64,000 bases of DNA from an uncultured Gammaproteobacteria bacterium (GCA_964459725.1 CAYWNT010000001.1:27529-91528); one strand, 5' to 3'. Positions 52,304 to 61,763 are shown, counted from the stretch's first letter. The notes: generated by a model not told the origin, from the letters alone. Numbers and translations are program-made.

Positions 52304-52714
52304 ATGAATAACTACCACAGAATACAAAAAAACAAAAAAGGAGCAGCTGCAATATTTACTATTGTAATAATTGGAGCAGCCTCCTTAATTATGGTAAAAA
52401 GTGTTGCCTTTCTTAGTCTGTCTAGTTTAGAAATGGTGGATATTTCTAGGAATAGCGAGAGTGTTGCCTATGTAACTGAGGGGTGTGCTGAAGAAGCACT
52501 GAGAAGATTAATGACTGATAATAGTTACGTAGTTACTGATAATAATTTTTCTTATGGCGATGGTTCTTGTGTTTTAAATGTATCACAAGGAGGCGGAGAT
52601 GTGACAATAGAAAGTGTAGGAACACTTAATTCATACGTGAAAAAAATAAATATTGAACTCACCATAAGTGACGAAGAAATTGATATAAATAAATGGGAGA
52701 GTGTTGATATATAA
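52304..52714 (+). CDS. PilX-like small pilus protein
   Basis: N-terminal KKGAAAIFTIVIIGAASLIMV hydrophobic helix, 136 aa, located in the pilin operon. Confidence 0.45.
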   Translation: MNNYHRIQKNKKGAAAIFTIVIIGAASLIMVKSVAFLSLSSLEMVDISRNSESVAYVTEGCAEEALRRLMTDNSYVVTDNNFSYGDGSCVLNVSQGGGDVTIESVGTLNSYVKKINIELTISDEEIDINKWESVDI

Positions 52715-52717
52715 CTA

Positions 52718-54943
52718 ATGAAATTTTCTACTAGTAAAAATTCAATAGGTGTAAATATTTCAGACCACAGCATAAAGATGGTGGAGTTGTCTTATGCTAA
52801 TGGGCAAGCAAAGATTGTCAATCATTCGCATGTAGTCTTGGAGGTTGGCATTGTTAAACATGGTCGAATAATAAATGAGGAAAAATTAACAAAATTATTC
52901 AAGGAGGCCCTACTGAAAGCTAGCCCTAAATCTATAAAGGCAGATGAAATTTATTTTGCTATCCCGGAGCGTCAAGCCTATTCGCATGTTTTTAACATAG
53001 ACGCTGAAAAAGAAAATGAAATTAACAACCTGGTTAAAGAAGAGGCTTTAAATAGCATTCCATTAAACAGAGAGGATTTGATTTATTCTTTTAAAATTGT
53101 AGAAAAATGTAAGAAATTGATTGTCCCGGAAGAAGATGGGATAGAGGCAGAGACTAAGAGCATGATGATAACCGCTGATGACACTGATTCACAAGGCGAA
53201 AAAAAGGTAATAGAAAAAAATAAGATTAGAATTTTAATATCTGCAGTTGACAGAAATGTAATTGATGAATGGAGATTATTTTTTGAAAAAAATAATATAA
53301 AAATTAAGCATTTTGACTTAGAGCTAATCTCAACTTTTAGGGGTTTCTATAAGAGCTTCCCTGAAAAGCCAGTTTGTCTGGTGGATATAGGTGCCAATAA
53401 TACAAATATTGGAATATTTTCAAGGGGTGGTTTGACCTACTCACACACTCTAAATGTTGCTGGAAATTTTTTCACCAAGAAGCTTTTGGATGGAATAAAC
53501 AGTCTAGAGGAAGATAAAAAATATACACATGAGCAAGTCGGTAAACTAAAAAGACAAATCGGTATGTTGTCTACTGGTTCACAAAATGATGTAGCTGTTA
53601 TATTAAAAAGTGCTGTTTTGTCGATTATTGATGAAATTTCAATTGCAGTCAAATATTACAATAAGTATACAGGGAAAATAATAAATAATATTGTTTTTGT
53701 TGGCGGTTCAAGCAAGATCAATGGATTGGTTGATTATATAAAGGCGAATTTATCAGGATTGAAATATGAATTAAAAATAGTTGATAAAGAAGAAGGGGAA
53801 AAAGAGAAAAAAGAAATAGAATTTAAGTTGGGGGCTCCCGTCATGTCGAATGCTCCAATAGAACTAGCAGAGGCCATAGGACTTGCTATTCAAAAATATG
53901 ACAAAAATTGGCAAAAACAAGCCATAAAATTACCTCTAGAGTTTGATATGGAGGGTTATGATGAAGTGAAAAAAACCAAGCCAAAGGAAGATGGGCAGGA
54001 AAGTGAAGGAGATGAGCGAGCTGGCAAAACAACTTGGATAAAAGAGCATATGAGAGAGTTTCAGTTGATAGTTATTTTACTTATCGGTGTCATGGCTGTT
54101 GGTTGGGCTTTTTGGTATAGGGGGCATAGTGCTAAACAGAGATTATTGGCTCTAAAGCAAGATAAAAAATATGAAAAGAGTATCGATATCAGCGTAAAGA
54201 TGGGAACCGATATTTCTAGTTATACAAAAGAAAATATACGGGGAAGAATTTTCAAGGATGATTTTGATGAGCCGTATAAATATGATGAGCTTTTAGAAAA
54301 AAGCATAGCCAATGCCAGAATTAAAACAAAGAAAGGAGAAATATTGTGGGAAGAAAATTTAAGCATAACTAAAGAGGATTCACTTATTTTTCCCCTGACT
54401 GTAGAGTGGTTGATTTATAATGAGAAAGACGCAGGGGTAAAATTTATATCCAAGGCCAAGGAGTCACATGGTAATAATGATGATTTTGAATTTAAGAATT
54501 TTGCATTTCAAAATTTAGAAAAAAAGAAGGGGGATTATTATTTGGTTGGAGTAGTCAATATAATGACCAAAGAAGATCCTGGAAAAGTCACAGCGGGAGA
54601 GGTAGAAAAGGATATTGTTTCAGATGGAGCAGGGGATAAAGAGAAAGATAAAAATGAACAAGAAGATGAAAATTCAGAACCCGTTACTGAGGAGATAAAA
54701 TCTATTGCTGACTTAAGCAAGTTATTTGCCAAGTCAAAATTAGGTTTTGTATCTATTGATGACTCTGGATTAGAGTGGCTCAATGCTAGAAGCGGTCCGG
54801 GAACCAATAATCAAATAGTAGATAAAATATACCCAGGAAATGTGTATGAGTTAATAGAGGCACAAGAGGAGTGGTTGAAAATTAAAATTTCTGAAGATAA
54901 AGAAGGTTGGGTATTTAGAGAATATGCCAGTATTTTAGAGTAG
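52718..54943 (+). CDS. pilM: PilM-like actin-fold pilus assembly protein fused to a TM segment, an extracytoplasmic region and a C-terminal SH3b domain
   Basis: N-terminal IGVNISDHSIKMVEL..., VDIGANNTNIGIF and VFVGGSSKINGL (actin-like ATPase motifs). TM helix FQLIVILLIGVMAVGWAFWY. C-terminal LNARSGPGTNNQIVDKIYPGNVYELIEAQEEWLKIKISEDKEGWVF (SH3_3-like). Confidence 0.75.
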   Translation: MKFSTSKNSIGVNISDHSIKMVELSYANGQAKIVNHSHVVLEVGIVKHGRIINEEKLTKLFKEALLKASPKSIKADEIYFAIPERQAYSHVFNIDAEKENEINNLVKEEALNSIPLNREDLIYSFKIVEKCKKLIVPEEDGIEAETKSMMITADDTDSQGEKKVIEKNKIRILISAVDRNVIDEWRLFFEKNNIKIKHFDLELISTFRGFYKSFPEKPVCLVDIGANNTNIGIFSRGGLTYSHTLNVAGNFFTKKLLDGINSLEEDKKYTHEQVGKLKRQIGMLSTGSQNDVAVILKSAVLSIIDEISIAVKYYNKYTGKIINNIVFVGGSSKINGLVDYIKANLSGLKYELKIVDKEEGEKEKKEIEFKLGAPVMSNAPIELAEAIGLAIQKYDKNWQKQAIKLPLEFDMEGYDEVKKTKPKEDGQESEGDERAGKTTWIKEHMREFQLIVILLIGVMAVGWAFWYRGHSAKQRLLALKQDKKYEKSIDISVKMGTDISSYTKENIRGRIFKDDFDEPYKYDELLEKSIANARIKTKKGEILWEENLSITKEDSLIFPLTVEWLIYNEKDAGVKFISKAKESHGNNDDFEFKNFAFQNLEKKKGDYYLVGVVNIMTKEDPGKVTAGEVEKDIVSDGAGDKEKDKNEQEDENSEPVTEEIKSIADLSKLFAKSKLGFVSIDDSGLEWLNARSGPGTNNQIVDKIYPGNVYELIEAQEEWLKIKISEDKEGWVFREYASILE

Positions 54944-54968
54944 AAAATTAATCAAGAATATGTAAAAA

Positions 54969-55670
54969 ATGATAAACAAAGAAAGTTTAAAAAAAGAACT
55001 GAAAAAATCGTCCAGTCCTCATCAAGCCGCCGTTTTGCAAAGATTTTTCAAAACAGGTAAAGGTGAATATGGGGAGGGCGATATTTTTTTGGGCATTAAA
55101 ATGCCAGAGCTAAGAAAGTTAGTAAAGAGATATAAGGACTTAAATATTTCTGATGTGCTTAGCCTACTTGAAAGCAAAATTCATGAATACAGAATGACAG
55201 CCTTGCTTATCCTGGTGGCAAAGTTTAACGAGGGGAATGAGAGGGAAAAGAAAAAAATATTTAACCTCTATCTCAAAAACACCAAATATATAAATAATTG
55301 GGATTTAATAGATGTAACCGTGGCACACATTGTGGGGGCTTATCTTTTTGACAAAGATAGAGCAGTATTATACAAATTGGCAAAGTCAAAAAATTTATGG
55401 GAGAGAAGAATTGCCATTATCGCCACCCACCATTTTATTAGAAATGATGATTTTTATGACACTTTAACTCTTGCCGAATTGTTGGTAGATGATAATCATG
55501 ATCTAATTCATAAGGCTGTCGGCTGGATGCTTCGCGAGGTCGGCAAGAAGGACTTAGAAGTAGAAGAGGTATTTTTGCGCAAGCATTACAAGACAATGCC
55601 TAGAACAATGCTTCGGTATGCCATAGAACGTTTTGCTGAGGAGAAGAGAATGTTTTATATGGGCAAATAA
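54969..55670 (+). CDS. DNA alkylation repair protein (AlkD-like HEAT-repeat glycosylase family)
   Basis: QRFFKTGKGEYGEGDIFLGIKMPELRKL..., NNWDLIDV and LWERRIAI. Confidence 0.8.
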   Translation: MINKESLKKELKKSSSPHQAAVLQRFFKTGKGEYGEGDIFLGIKMPELRKLVKRYKDLNISDVLSLLESKIHEYRMTALLILVAKFNEGNEREKKKIFNLYLKNTKYINNWDLIDVTVAHIVGAYLFDKDRAVLYKLAKSKNLWERRIAIIATHHFIRNDDFYDTLTLAELLVDDNHDLIHKAVGWMLREVGKKDLEVEEVFLRKHYKTMPRTMLRYAIERFAEEKRMFYMGK

Positions 55671-55694
55671 ATTAATTTTTAATTTTCAAAAATA

Positions 55695-55724
55695 AAAGTC
55701 CTTAGTAATACCACTAAGGACTTT
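55695..55724. terminator. Bidirectional terminator between the alkD-like gene and the RND gene
   Basis: 12-bp stem aaagtccttagt/actaaggacttt flanked by A/T runs. Confidence 0.75.
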
Positions 55725-55743
55725 TACTCTTTGTAGTTGTAAT

Positions 55744-58700
55744 TTAAACTTGGAAGCTTTCGTTTTCTTTTTTTCTTTGAATGCACTCTTTGCTACAAAT
55801 TCCTGCAAAGTATACTGGAACGACAACCAATATCAAGAATGTAGAAAATAATAGTCCGAAGATGATTGTAACTGATACACCCCTCCATAGCTCAGATGAG
55901 AAAATTAGAGGGAAGATACCGGCGATGGTGGTAACCGATGTTAGAAATATAGGTTGCATACGCGCGATACCACCTTCTATAATTGCGTCAATAAATTCCA
56001 TTCCGTCGAGTATGTTTTTGTTTATCCTGTCGATCAAAACAATAGCGTCATTAACTACGATACCAGAAAGAGACACTAGTCCGATAAACACTGTGAATGA
56101 GAATGGATGTCCAATGATATTTAGGCCGATCATTACACCAATTATTGCCAGAGGCAACGAAAAGATAATAAGGAAGGGCTGCTTGAATGAATTGAATTGT
56201 AGTACTAGAATAAATGCGATAAGAATAATAGAAAGAATCATGGAAAGAAAAAGTTCTTTATACGATTTTTCGATATCTTCCACTTCACCACCGACTTTGA
56301 TATTAATATTTTTAGGCAGACCAAGGTCATTATATTTTGCACTGAAATTAGACAATATGTTTGTGAGACTAGCTCCTTTTTCAAGACCGGCTGAAACAGT
56401 TGCTGTTCTTTTTCCGTCTCGGTGTTTTATGGTAAGTAGGGCTGGTTTGAGATTTACTTCAGCGACTTGTTTGAGGGTTATGTGGTCACCTGTGTTGGTA
56501 AACAGTGTTATATTTTCCAAGTCATTAATGCTGTTTAGTTTATTTTCATTATACTTTACTGTAATATCAACATCATCTCCGTCGATGTTTACTATTGATG
56601 CAGTGCTTCCGAAAAGGGCTCCTCTCAACGTACTGGCGATGCTGGCAGTATCTAGGCCGTAATAACTTGCTTTTTGCTTGTTAACAGTAAAGGTGAACTC
56701 TCCAGCTGCTTCTTCAATGCTGTCTCTTATATTTATTACTCCAGGCACAGTATCGAAGTAATCCATTATTTTAGATGAGGCTAGGGATAGATCCTCTAGA
56801 TCTTCTCCGGATATTCTTACCTCAATTGGCGCTCCTGTTGGAGGTCCAGCTGCAAGCTCCTCTGTTCTTACGGTAGCTCCCTGAATAGCTTCTAGTTTGG
56901 GTCGAATTTCTTCAGTTATTTCGTAGCTCTTTCTTGTTCTTTCATCTTTGCTTACCAGATTTACAGTGACATTAGCTAAGTGAGCACTTCGTGTGCCTCC
57001 TCCACCAAATCCGAGATCCATAGATGATCCGATGTTGATAACATAATTATCAAGCTCTGGAATTTGAGAAACTAATTTTTCTATTTTTTCGGTAACATCT
57101 TTTGTGGCGTCGAGTGTCGATCCAATTGGTAGTTCAATATTCACAATAAAAAATTCTAAATCAATATCAGGGAACATTTCAATATCCATTAGCCCTGAGA
57201 TGGGCACGGCAAGTGAAAGAAAGAAAAGAATCCACACTGTGGCTAATAGCTTTCTTCTTTTATTTTTATGCGGCAGTATTTTTAATAAAAATTCTCTATA
57301 TATTTTAAATAATTTTTCTAGATTTTTATCAATAAAAATATGCCTTTTTTTATTTCTATGTCTGTTTAGGCATGAATTGCCAATCCTTATTTCTTCTTTT
57401 TCTTTTTCATCAAGAACATCAGTTTTACTTCCATTCTTTTTCACAAATCTGGTTGCCAGAGTCGGAATTGCGACAATAGCTACGAATAATGAGGAAAGCA
57501 GGGTAACTGAAATGGTTTTCGGAAGTATGCTCATGTATTCGCCCATAATTCCAGAAACAAGAAGCATGGGTAAAAAGGCGGAAACTGTGGTCATGGTTCC
57601 TGATGTTATGGCCCATTTGAAATTCCAGACAGAAAGAATTGCTGCTTGATAGATTGATTTTCCGTGTTTTTCAACATACTCATTAATTCCCTCGATAATG
57701 ATAATAGCATTATCAACCATGAGGCCAAGTGATAAAACAAGCGAAAAGAGAACCATGCCGTTTATGGTCATTCCTTCTAGCATGAGGAAGACAAAGGCCA
57801 TTAGAAAAGCCAGAGGTACAGCACTAGCTGTGATTATGGCACCACGAAAACTAAGCACAATCATAAGCAAGAGCGCAATCAGTGTAAATGTTTGTATTCC
57901 ACTGGTTCCTAGAGTTTTTAAATCCTCTTTTACAAAGACTGAATTATCATTTGTTTTTTCAGTAACAATATCAGATGGAATTTTGCCATTTTTATACAAT
58001 TCGTCAATTTTTTCTTGAGAATTTTCGACAATATTTAGAATGTTGCCTCCTGTTTTTTTATAGAGTTGAATAGATATTGTTTTTTGGGCCTGCTTGTCTG
58101 GGAATCCAATAAAAGACTCTGTTGTTTTTTCTTTGTATCCATCTTTTATAACGGCTACATCGGTGAGTCTAACTGGTGATTGATCATAAGTCGCGACTAT
58201 AATATTTTCCAGTTCTTTTGCCTCAGTTAGTTTTCCTTTTACCCTGACATCATATTTGTAATTATCGATTTCTAGATTGCCGGCAGGGAGATTGTAATTA
58301 TTTGATCTGATAGCATTTGCAATTTGTCCAAGGGAGATATTATAGTTGATTAATTTTTTTTGGTCCAGGATTACTTGAAATTCTTGCTCTATTCCGCCTA
58401 TAATTTCAGCCCGATTGACGTCTTTGATACTTTCTAGTTCTTCCTGCAGGTTATTAGCAAGATTCTTCATTTCAGAATCAGAATAGTCACCTACAAGAGA
58501 GTAGGTTACAATTGGGATATCGTTAAAGTTTACTTCAGTGACGACTGGAGCTTCAACTTCATCTGGCAATGCGGATTCTGCCGTATCTACTGCATCACGT
58601 AGTTTTTGGAAGCTATCTTTGAGGTTTGCTTCTGCATTGAACTCTACAAATACACTAGAATATCCCTGTCCGGAGGTTGAGTTGAATACACTTAAATTAT

Positions 58701-59007
58701 CAAGATTTTTTATTTCATCTTCAATTTTTTCAGTTATCAGTTCTTCTGTGTCTGACGGGGTGGCCCCTGGCCAGATCGTATTAACCACAGCAAAAGGAAC
58801 TCTCACCTCAGGCTCAGCTTCTTTGGGAAGAGTGAGTATAGCATAAAAACCACCAATAATTATTGTGAAAATAATTAAATAAGTAAAACGGAAATTTTTA
58901 ATAAAAAAACCAGCTACACTTTTCTCTTCCTTCCGAAATCCTTTTTCTAATTTCTTTTTAAATCTTTCTTCGAAAGAATTGTTTTCTATTTCAGTTCTAT
59001 TATCCAT
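55744..59007 (-). CDS. RND-family efflux transporter permease (AcrB-like)
   Basis: 1087 aa with a 12-TM, two-large-loop architecture and a typical N-terminus FFIKNFRFTYLIIFTIIIGG. Confidence 0.88.
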   Translation of the reverse strand: MDNRTEIENNSFEERFKKKLEKGFRKEEKSVAGFFIKNFRFTYLIIFTIIIGGFYAILTLPKEAEPEVRVPFAVVNTIWPGATPSDTEELITEKIEDEIKNLDNLSVFNSTSGQGYSSVFVEFNAEANLKDSFQKLRDAVDTAESALPDEVEAPVVTEVNFNDIPIVTYSLVGDYSDSEMKNLANNLQEELESIKDVNRAEIIGGIEQEFQVILDQKKLINYNISLGQIANAIRSNNYNLPAGNLEIDNYKYDVRVKGKLTEAKELENIIVATYDQSPVRLTDVAVIKDGYKEKTTESFIGFPDKQAQKTISIQLYKKTGGNILNIVENSQEKIDELYKNGKIPSDIVTEKTNDNSVFVKEDLKTLGTSGIQTFTLIALLLMIVLSFRGAIITASAVPLAFLMAFVFLMLEGMTINGMVLFSLVLSLGLMVDNAIIIIEGINEYVEKHGKSIYQAAILSVWNFKWAITSGTMTTVSAFLPMLLVSGIMGEYMSILPKTISVTLLSSLFVAIVAIPTLATRFVKKNGSKTDVLDEKEKEEIRIGNSCLNRHRNKKRHIFIDKNLEKLFKIYREFLLKILPHKNKRRKLLATVWILFFLSLAVPISGLMDIEMFPDIDLEFFIVNIELPIGSTLDATKDVTEKIEKLVSQIPELDNYVINIGSSMDLGFGGGGTRSAHLANVTVNLVSKDERTRKSYEITEEIRPKLEAIQGATVRTEELAAGPPTGAPIEVRISGEDLEDLSLASSKIMDYFDTVPGVINIRDSIEEAAGEFTFTVNKQKASYYGLDTASIASTLRGALFGSTASIVNIDGDDVDITVKYNENKLNSINDLENITLFTNTGDHITLKQVAEVNLKPALLTIKHRDGKRTATVSAGLEKGASLTNILSNFSAKYNDLGLPKNINIKVGGEVEDIEKSYKELFLSMILSIILIAFILVLQFNSFKQPFLIIFSLPLAIIGVMIGLNIIGHPFSFTVFIGLVSLSGIVVNDAIVLIDRINKNILDGMEFIDAIIEGGIARMQPIFLTSVTTIAGIFPLIFSSELWRGVSVTIIFGLLFSTFLILVVVPVYFAGICSKECIQRKKENESFQV

Positions 59008-59011
59008 ATTT

Positions 59012-60769
59012 TTATTGTTTTTCTTTTATTTCTATTGTTTCTCCGTCTTCAACTATTTTTGCTCCATTGATTATTAATTCATCATCATCGTTAAGGCCAG
59101 TAATAATTTCAATCAAAGCATTTTCAGTTTTTCCTACTTGAACATTTTGTTTTTTGGCCATAGTTGAAGTGCCTGTTTTTTCTACTATATAAACAATATT
59201 TTCTGTTTGGCCAATGGTTACAGCGCGTAGTGGTACGAAAAAAGAGGACTCTGAGGATTTTTTCAGTTCTTCAAGGGGAATTAGAATATCTACAAATGTT
59301 CCTGTGATCAAGTCATTATTTTTGTTGTCAAAAATTATTTCAACTCCGACTTTCTTAGTAACCGGGTCGGCAGCAGGTTCAATAAGACTTATAGTTCCTT
59401 CTAATTGCCCATTGATAATTGCTTTTCCATCTACTTTTATTCTGTAAATATCTTCGCTTGGCAAATTGATCTTGATTTTCACGGTGTCAGTATTTTGAAT
59501 TCGGGCTATCATTTGTCCTGGGTTTATCTCTGTTCCGATTTCAATATTCTTACTTGTGATAGTTCCGCTAATTGGTGCCTTGATATTTAGGTCACCGGCC
59601 TGAGCTAGGGCCAGGTTGTATTGTCCGTAGGAATTATCCAGGGAGGTCTGAGAAGATAGAATCTGTTGGTCCTTGCCTTCTTTGGCATTCTGAAGAGCGG
59701 TATAGGCGTTGTCATAACCAGTTTTGGCCAAGTCCAATTGGTTTTCAGCTGAGAGGAGCGCATTTTCCAATGCGTCTATTTCTTGTGATTTTGTTAGGGT
59801 TAGGTTTTCCAGGGATTGTAGTGTAAGATCAGCTGAAGTTTGAAGAGATACTATGGAATTTAAAAAACCGGTGAAAATTGATTTTTGCTCCGAAAGAGAA
59901 CTTTCTGAAAAATCTGCACTGATTATTGTATTATCAAGAACTATAATCATGCTATCAATCATTTGTTTGGTCTGGTCGAGCGCTGCTACTAGTTTTTGCA
60001 TGTCATTTCTTATGCTTGAGTTGTCAGGATTTAGAATGGAGAGTTCGTTGTATTTTTCCTTTGCGCTTCTATAGTCCATTTTACATTTGGTTAGAGTTGA
60101 TATGTCTTCTTTGCCAAGTACATTCTCAATTCCAGCTAGCTCTATACTATCATCATCCACTTGGAGAAGATAGTTAGTTTGGTCAAGAACGTTGAAAATT
60201 GTGTTTAGTTGTCCTTCAAAAAATATTACAGCATTTTTTTTCGTGTCTTCACTGTTTTTCTCTGTCAGGGTGTCGGCGTTATTTAGATTGTCAGTTGCAG
60301 ACTCTACTCCGATTTCAGCTGCGCGAACTGACTCGACTGCGCTTTTTAGATTTATCTCCGCCAGTCTTACAGATTCGTCAGTAATTCTTTCAGTGGACGC
60401 TAGATTGCTTTGCATGTTGGCGAAGTTGGTTTTGGCTATGTTTAGATTAGTTAAAGTGGCGTTGTCGTTTAGCACAGAAAGGGTTTTATTCTTAGTTACT
60501 TTATCCCCAGTTTTAAAATAAACTCCACGAACTGTGCCTCTGGTAGTCGCCATGATATCAATGCTAGTTTCAGCCTCAACCAATCCGGTGGTTTTTATTT
60601 CAGAAATATCCGAATTGTCACTTATGTTAATAGTTGTAACTTGGGTTATTTTTTCCTCCTTTGGAGCGTTGTCAGAGTTGTTTCCTATGATGTTTCTGGC
60701 AGCAATAATCAAAATAATCGCAATAATAGCGATAATATAAGGTTTTTTTAGTAAGTGTAGTATTTTCAT
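59012..60769 (-). CDS. Efflux adaptor (membrane fusion protein, HlyD/RND-adaptor family) with an unusually long coiled coil
   Basis: N-terminal TM anchor, a lipoyl-like half TTRGTVRGVYFKTGDKV ... APISGTITSKNIEIGTEINPGQ, about 300 aa of coiled coil between the halves, and a 4-nt gap to the RND gene. Confidence 0.8.
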   Translation of the reverse strand: MKILHLLKKPYIIAIIAIILIIAARNIIGNNSDNAPKEEKITQVTTINISDNSDISEIKTTGLVEAETSIDIMATTRGTVRGVYFKTGDKVTKNKTLSVLNDNATLTNLNIAKTNFANMQSNLASTERITDESVRLAEINLKSAVESVRAAEIGVESATDNLNNADTLTEKNSEDTKKNAVIFFEGQLNTIFNVLDQTNYLLQVDDDSIELAGIENVLGKEDISTLTKCKMDYRSAKEKYNELSILNPDNSSIRNDMQKLVAALDQTKQMIDSMIIVLDNTIISADFSESSLSEQKSIFTGFLNSIVSLQTSADLTLQSLENLTLTKSQEIDALENALLSAENQLDLAKTGYDNAYTALQNAKEGKDQQILSSQTSLDNSYGQYNLALAQAGDLNIKAPISGTITSKNIEIGTEINPGQMIARIQNTDTVKIKINLPSEDIYRIKVDGKAIINGQLEGTISLIEPAADPVTKKVGVEIIFDNKNNDLITGTFVDILIPLEELKKSSESSFFVPLRAVTIGQTENIVYIVEKTGTSTMAKKQNVQVGKTENALIEIITGLNDDDELIINGAKIVEDGETIEIKEKQ

Positions 60770-60886
60770 TTATTTTAAACAATGACAAAATTTAGCCATT
60801 TAGATTAATTAATTATTTTGTAATTTAAGCAATAATTAGATAAAAAGTCAAGCAAGAAGAGCAATGTTTTTTGACATGATTTAGTT

Positions 60887-60914
60887 TTGAATTTTTTGAA
60901 ATATATGTTATAAT
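60887..60914 (+). promoter_or_regulatory. Extended -10 promoter of the pilin gene
   Basis: TTGAAT 60887-60892, a 16-nt spacer ending in TGt, TATAAT 60909-60914. Confidence 0.55.
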
Positions 60915-60953
60915 AAATTAATATAATGCACAATTTAATTTTCATCAAAAAAT

Positions 60954-61496
60954 ATGACAAAAATTAAAAAATTAAAAGCTTGCCTGTCAGGTAGACAAGG
61001 TTTTACATTGATTGAATTACTAATCGTTATTGCTGTTATGGCTATTCTTACTACAGTAGTATTTGTGGCTTTGAACCCGTTGGCAAGATTTCAAGACTCA
61101 AGAAACTCCAGAAGATGGTCTGATGTTAATGCTATTTTGGGCGCTATTAAGCTCGACCAGGTTGATAATGGTGGAGCATATGAAACTGAAATTACAACTC
61201 TAGTTGATGATGCTAATTATATAATTGGAACCAATGACGATGGATTGAATTGTGCTAATCTTACCTGTGATGTTACTGTAACCGATTGTGTAGATATTTC
61301 AGGCCTAGTAGGCGAAGGATATTTACCGAAAATGCCGTATGATCCAAATGACACAGAGGTGTCAGAGGAGGATGGTGATGTTCTTATTTCCAAATATTAT
61401 TTGAGAAAGACTTCAAATGGAGCTATGGCAGTAGGAGCTTGTACTTCTGAGTTAGGTTCGGCCGCCGCAGCTGCTGCAATTGAAGTGGTAAGATAG
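60954..61496 (+). CDS. Type IV pilin (candidate major pilin)
   Basis: Leader MTKIKKLKACLSGRQG|FTLIELLIVIAVMAILTTVVFV, Cys pairs in the C-terminal half, 180 aa, with its own promoter. Confidence 0.85.
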   Translation: MTKIKKLKACLSGRQGFTLIELLIVIAVMAILTTVVFVALNPLARFQDSRNSRRWSDVNAILGAIKLDQVDNGGAYETEITTLVDDANYIIGTNDDGLNCANLTCDVTVTDCVDISGLVGEGYLPKMPYDPNDTEVSEEDGDVLISKYYLRKTSNGAMAVGACTSELGSAAAAAAIEVVR

Positions 61497-61505
61497 ACCA
61501 AGCTC

Positions 61506-61763
61506 ATGCCTAGAAGGATATTTTTCTTTGCTTTAATCTGTCTGATTTTACTAACAGGCGGATGCAAAACCAAAATTGAAAAAAAGAAGTTAGCTGAACC
61601 TTCATTTTGTGAAGCTGATACTGATTGTGGGTTATATAACTGTACTAATTGTGGCAATAGTTTGTGGATTGAGGAAAACGAAGAGAGCAATGAGGGCTGT
61701 AATAATAAGCGAAAGATTGATTGTAAATGTGAAAATAGTGTTTGTAAGAGGGTTTATAAATAA
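61506..61763 (+). CDS. Small Cys-rich secreted protein, possible lipoprotein
   Basis: Signal peptide ending in LLTGGC, with a further 9 Cys in 60 residues. Confidence 0.55.
   Translation: MPRRIFFFALICLILLTGGCKTKIEKKKLAEPSFCEADTDCGLYNCTNCGNSLWIEENEESNEGCNNKRKIDCKCENSVCKRVYK

Noticed and set aside
55781-58846. Plus-strand ORFs 55781-56662 (293 aa), 57104-57649, 57698-58018 and 58538-58846
   Set aside because: All lie antisense inside the well-supported RND permease gene. Their Ser/Ile/Phe-rich low-complexity translations are typical of shadow ORFs in AT-rich DNA.
59214-60740. Plus-strand ORFs antisense to the adaptor gene (59214-59447, 59405-59590, 59853-60074, 60192-60521, 60199-60384, 60534-60740)
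   Set aside because: These are shadow ORFs inside the 585-aa membrane-fusion protein gene, with no start signals and no recognisable features.
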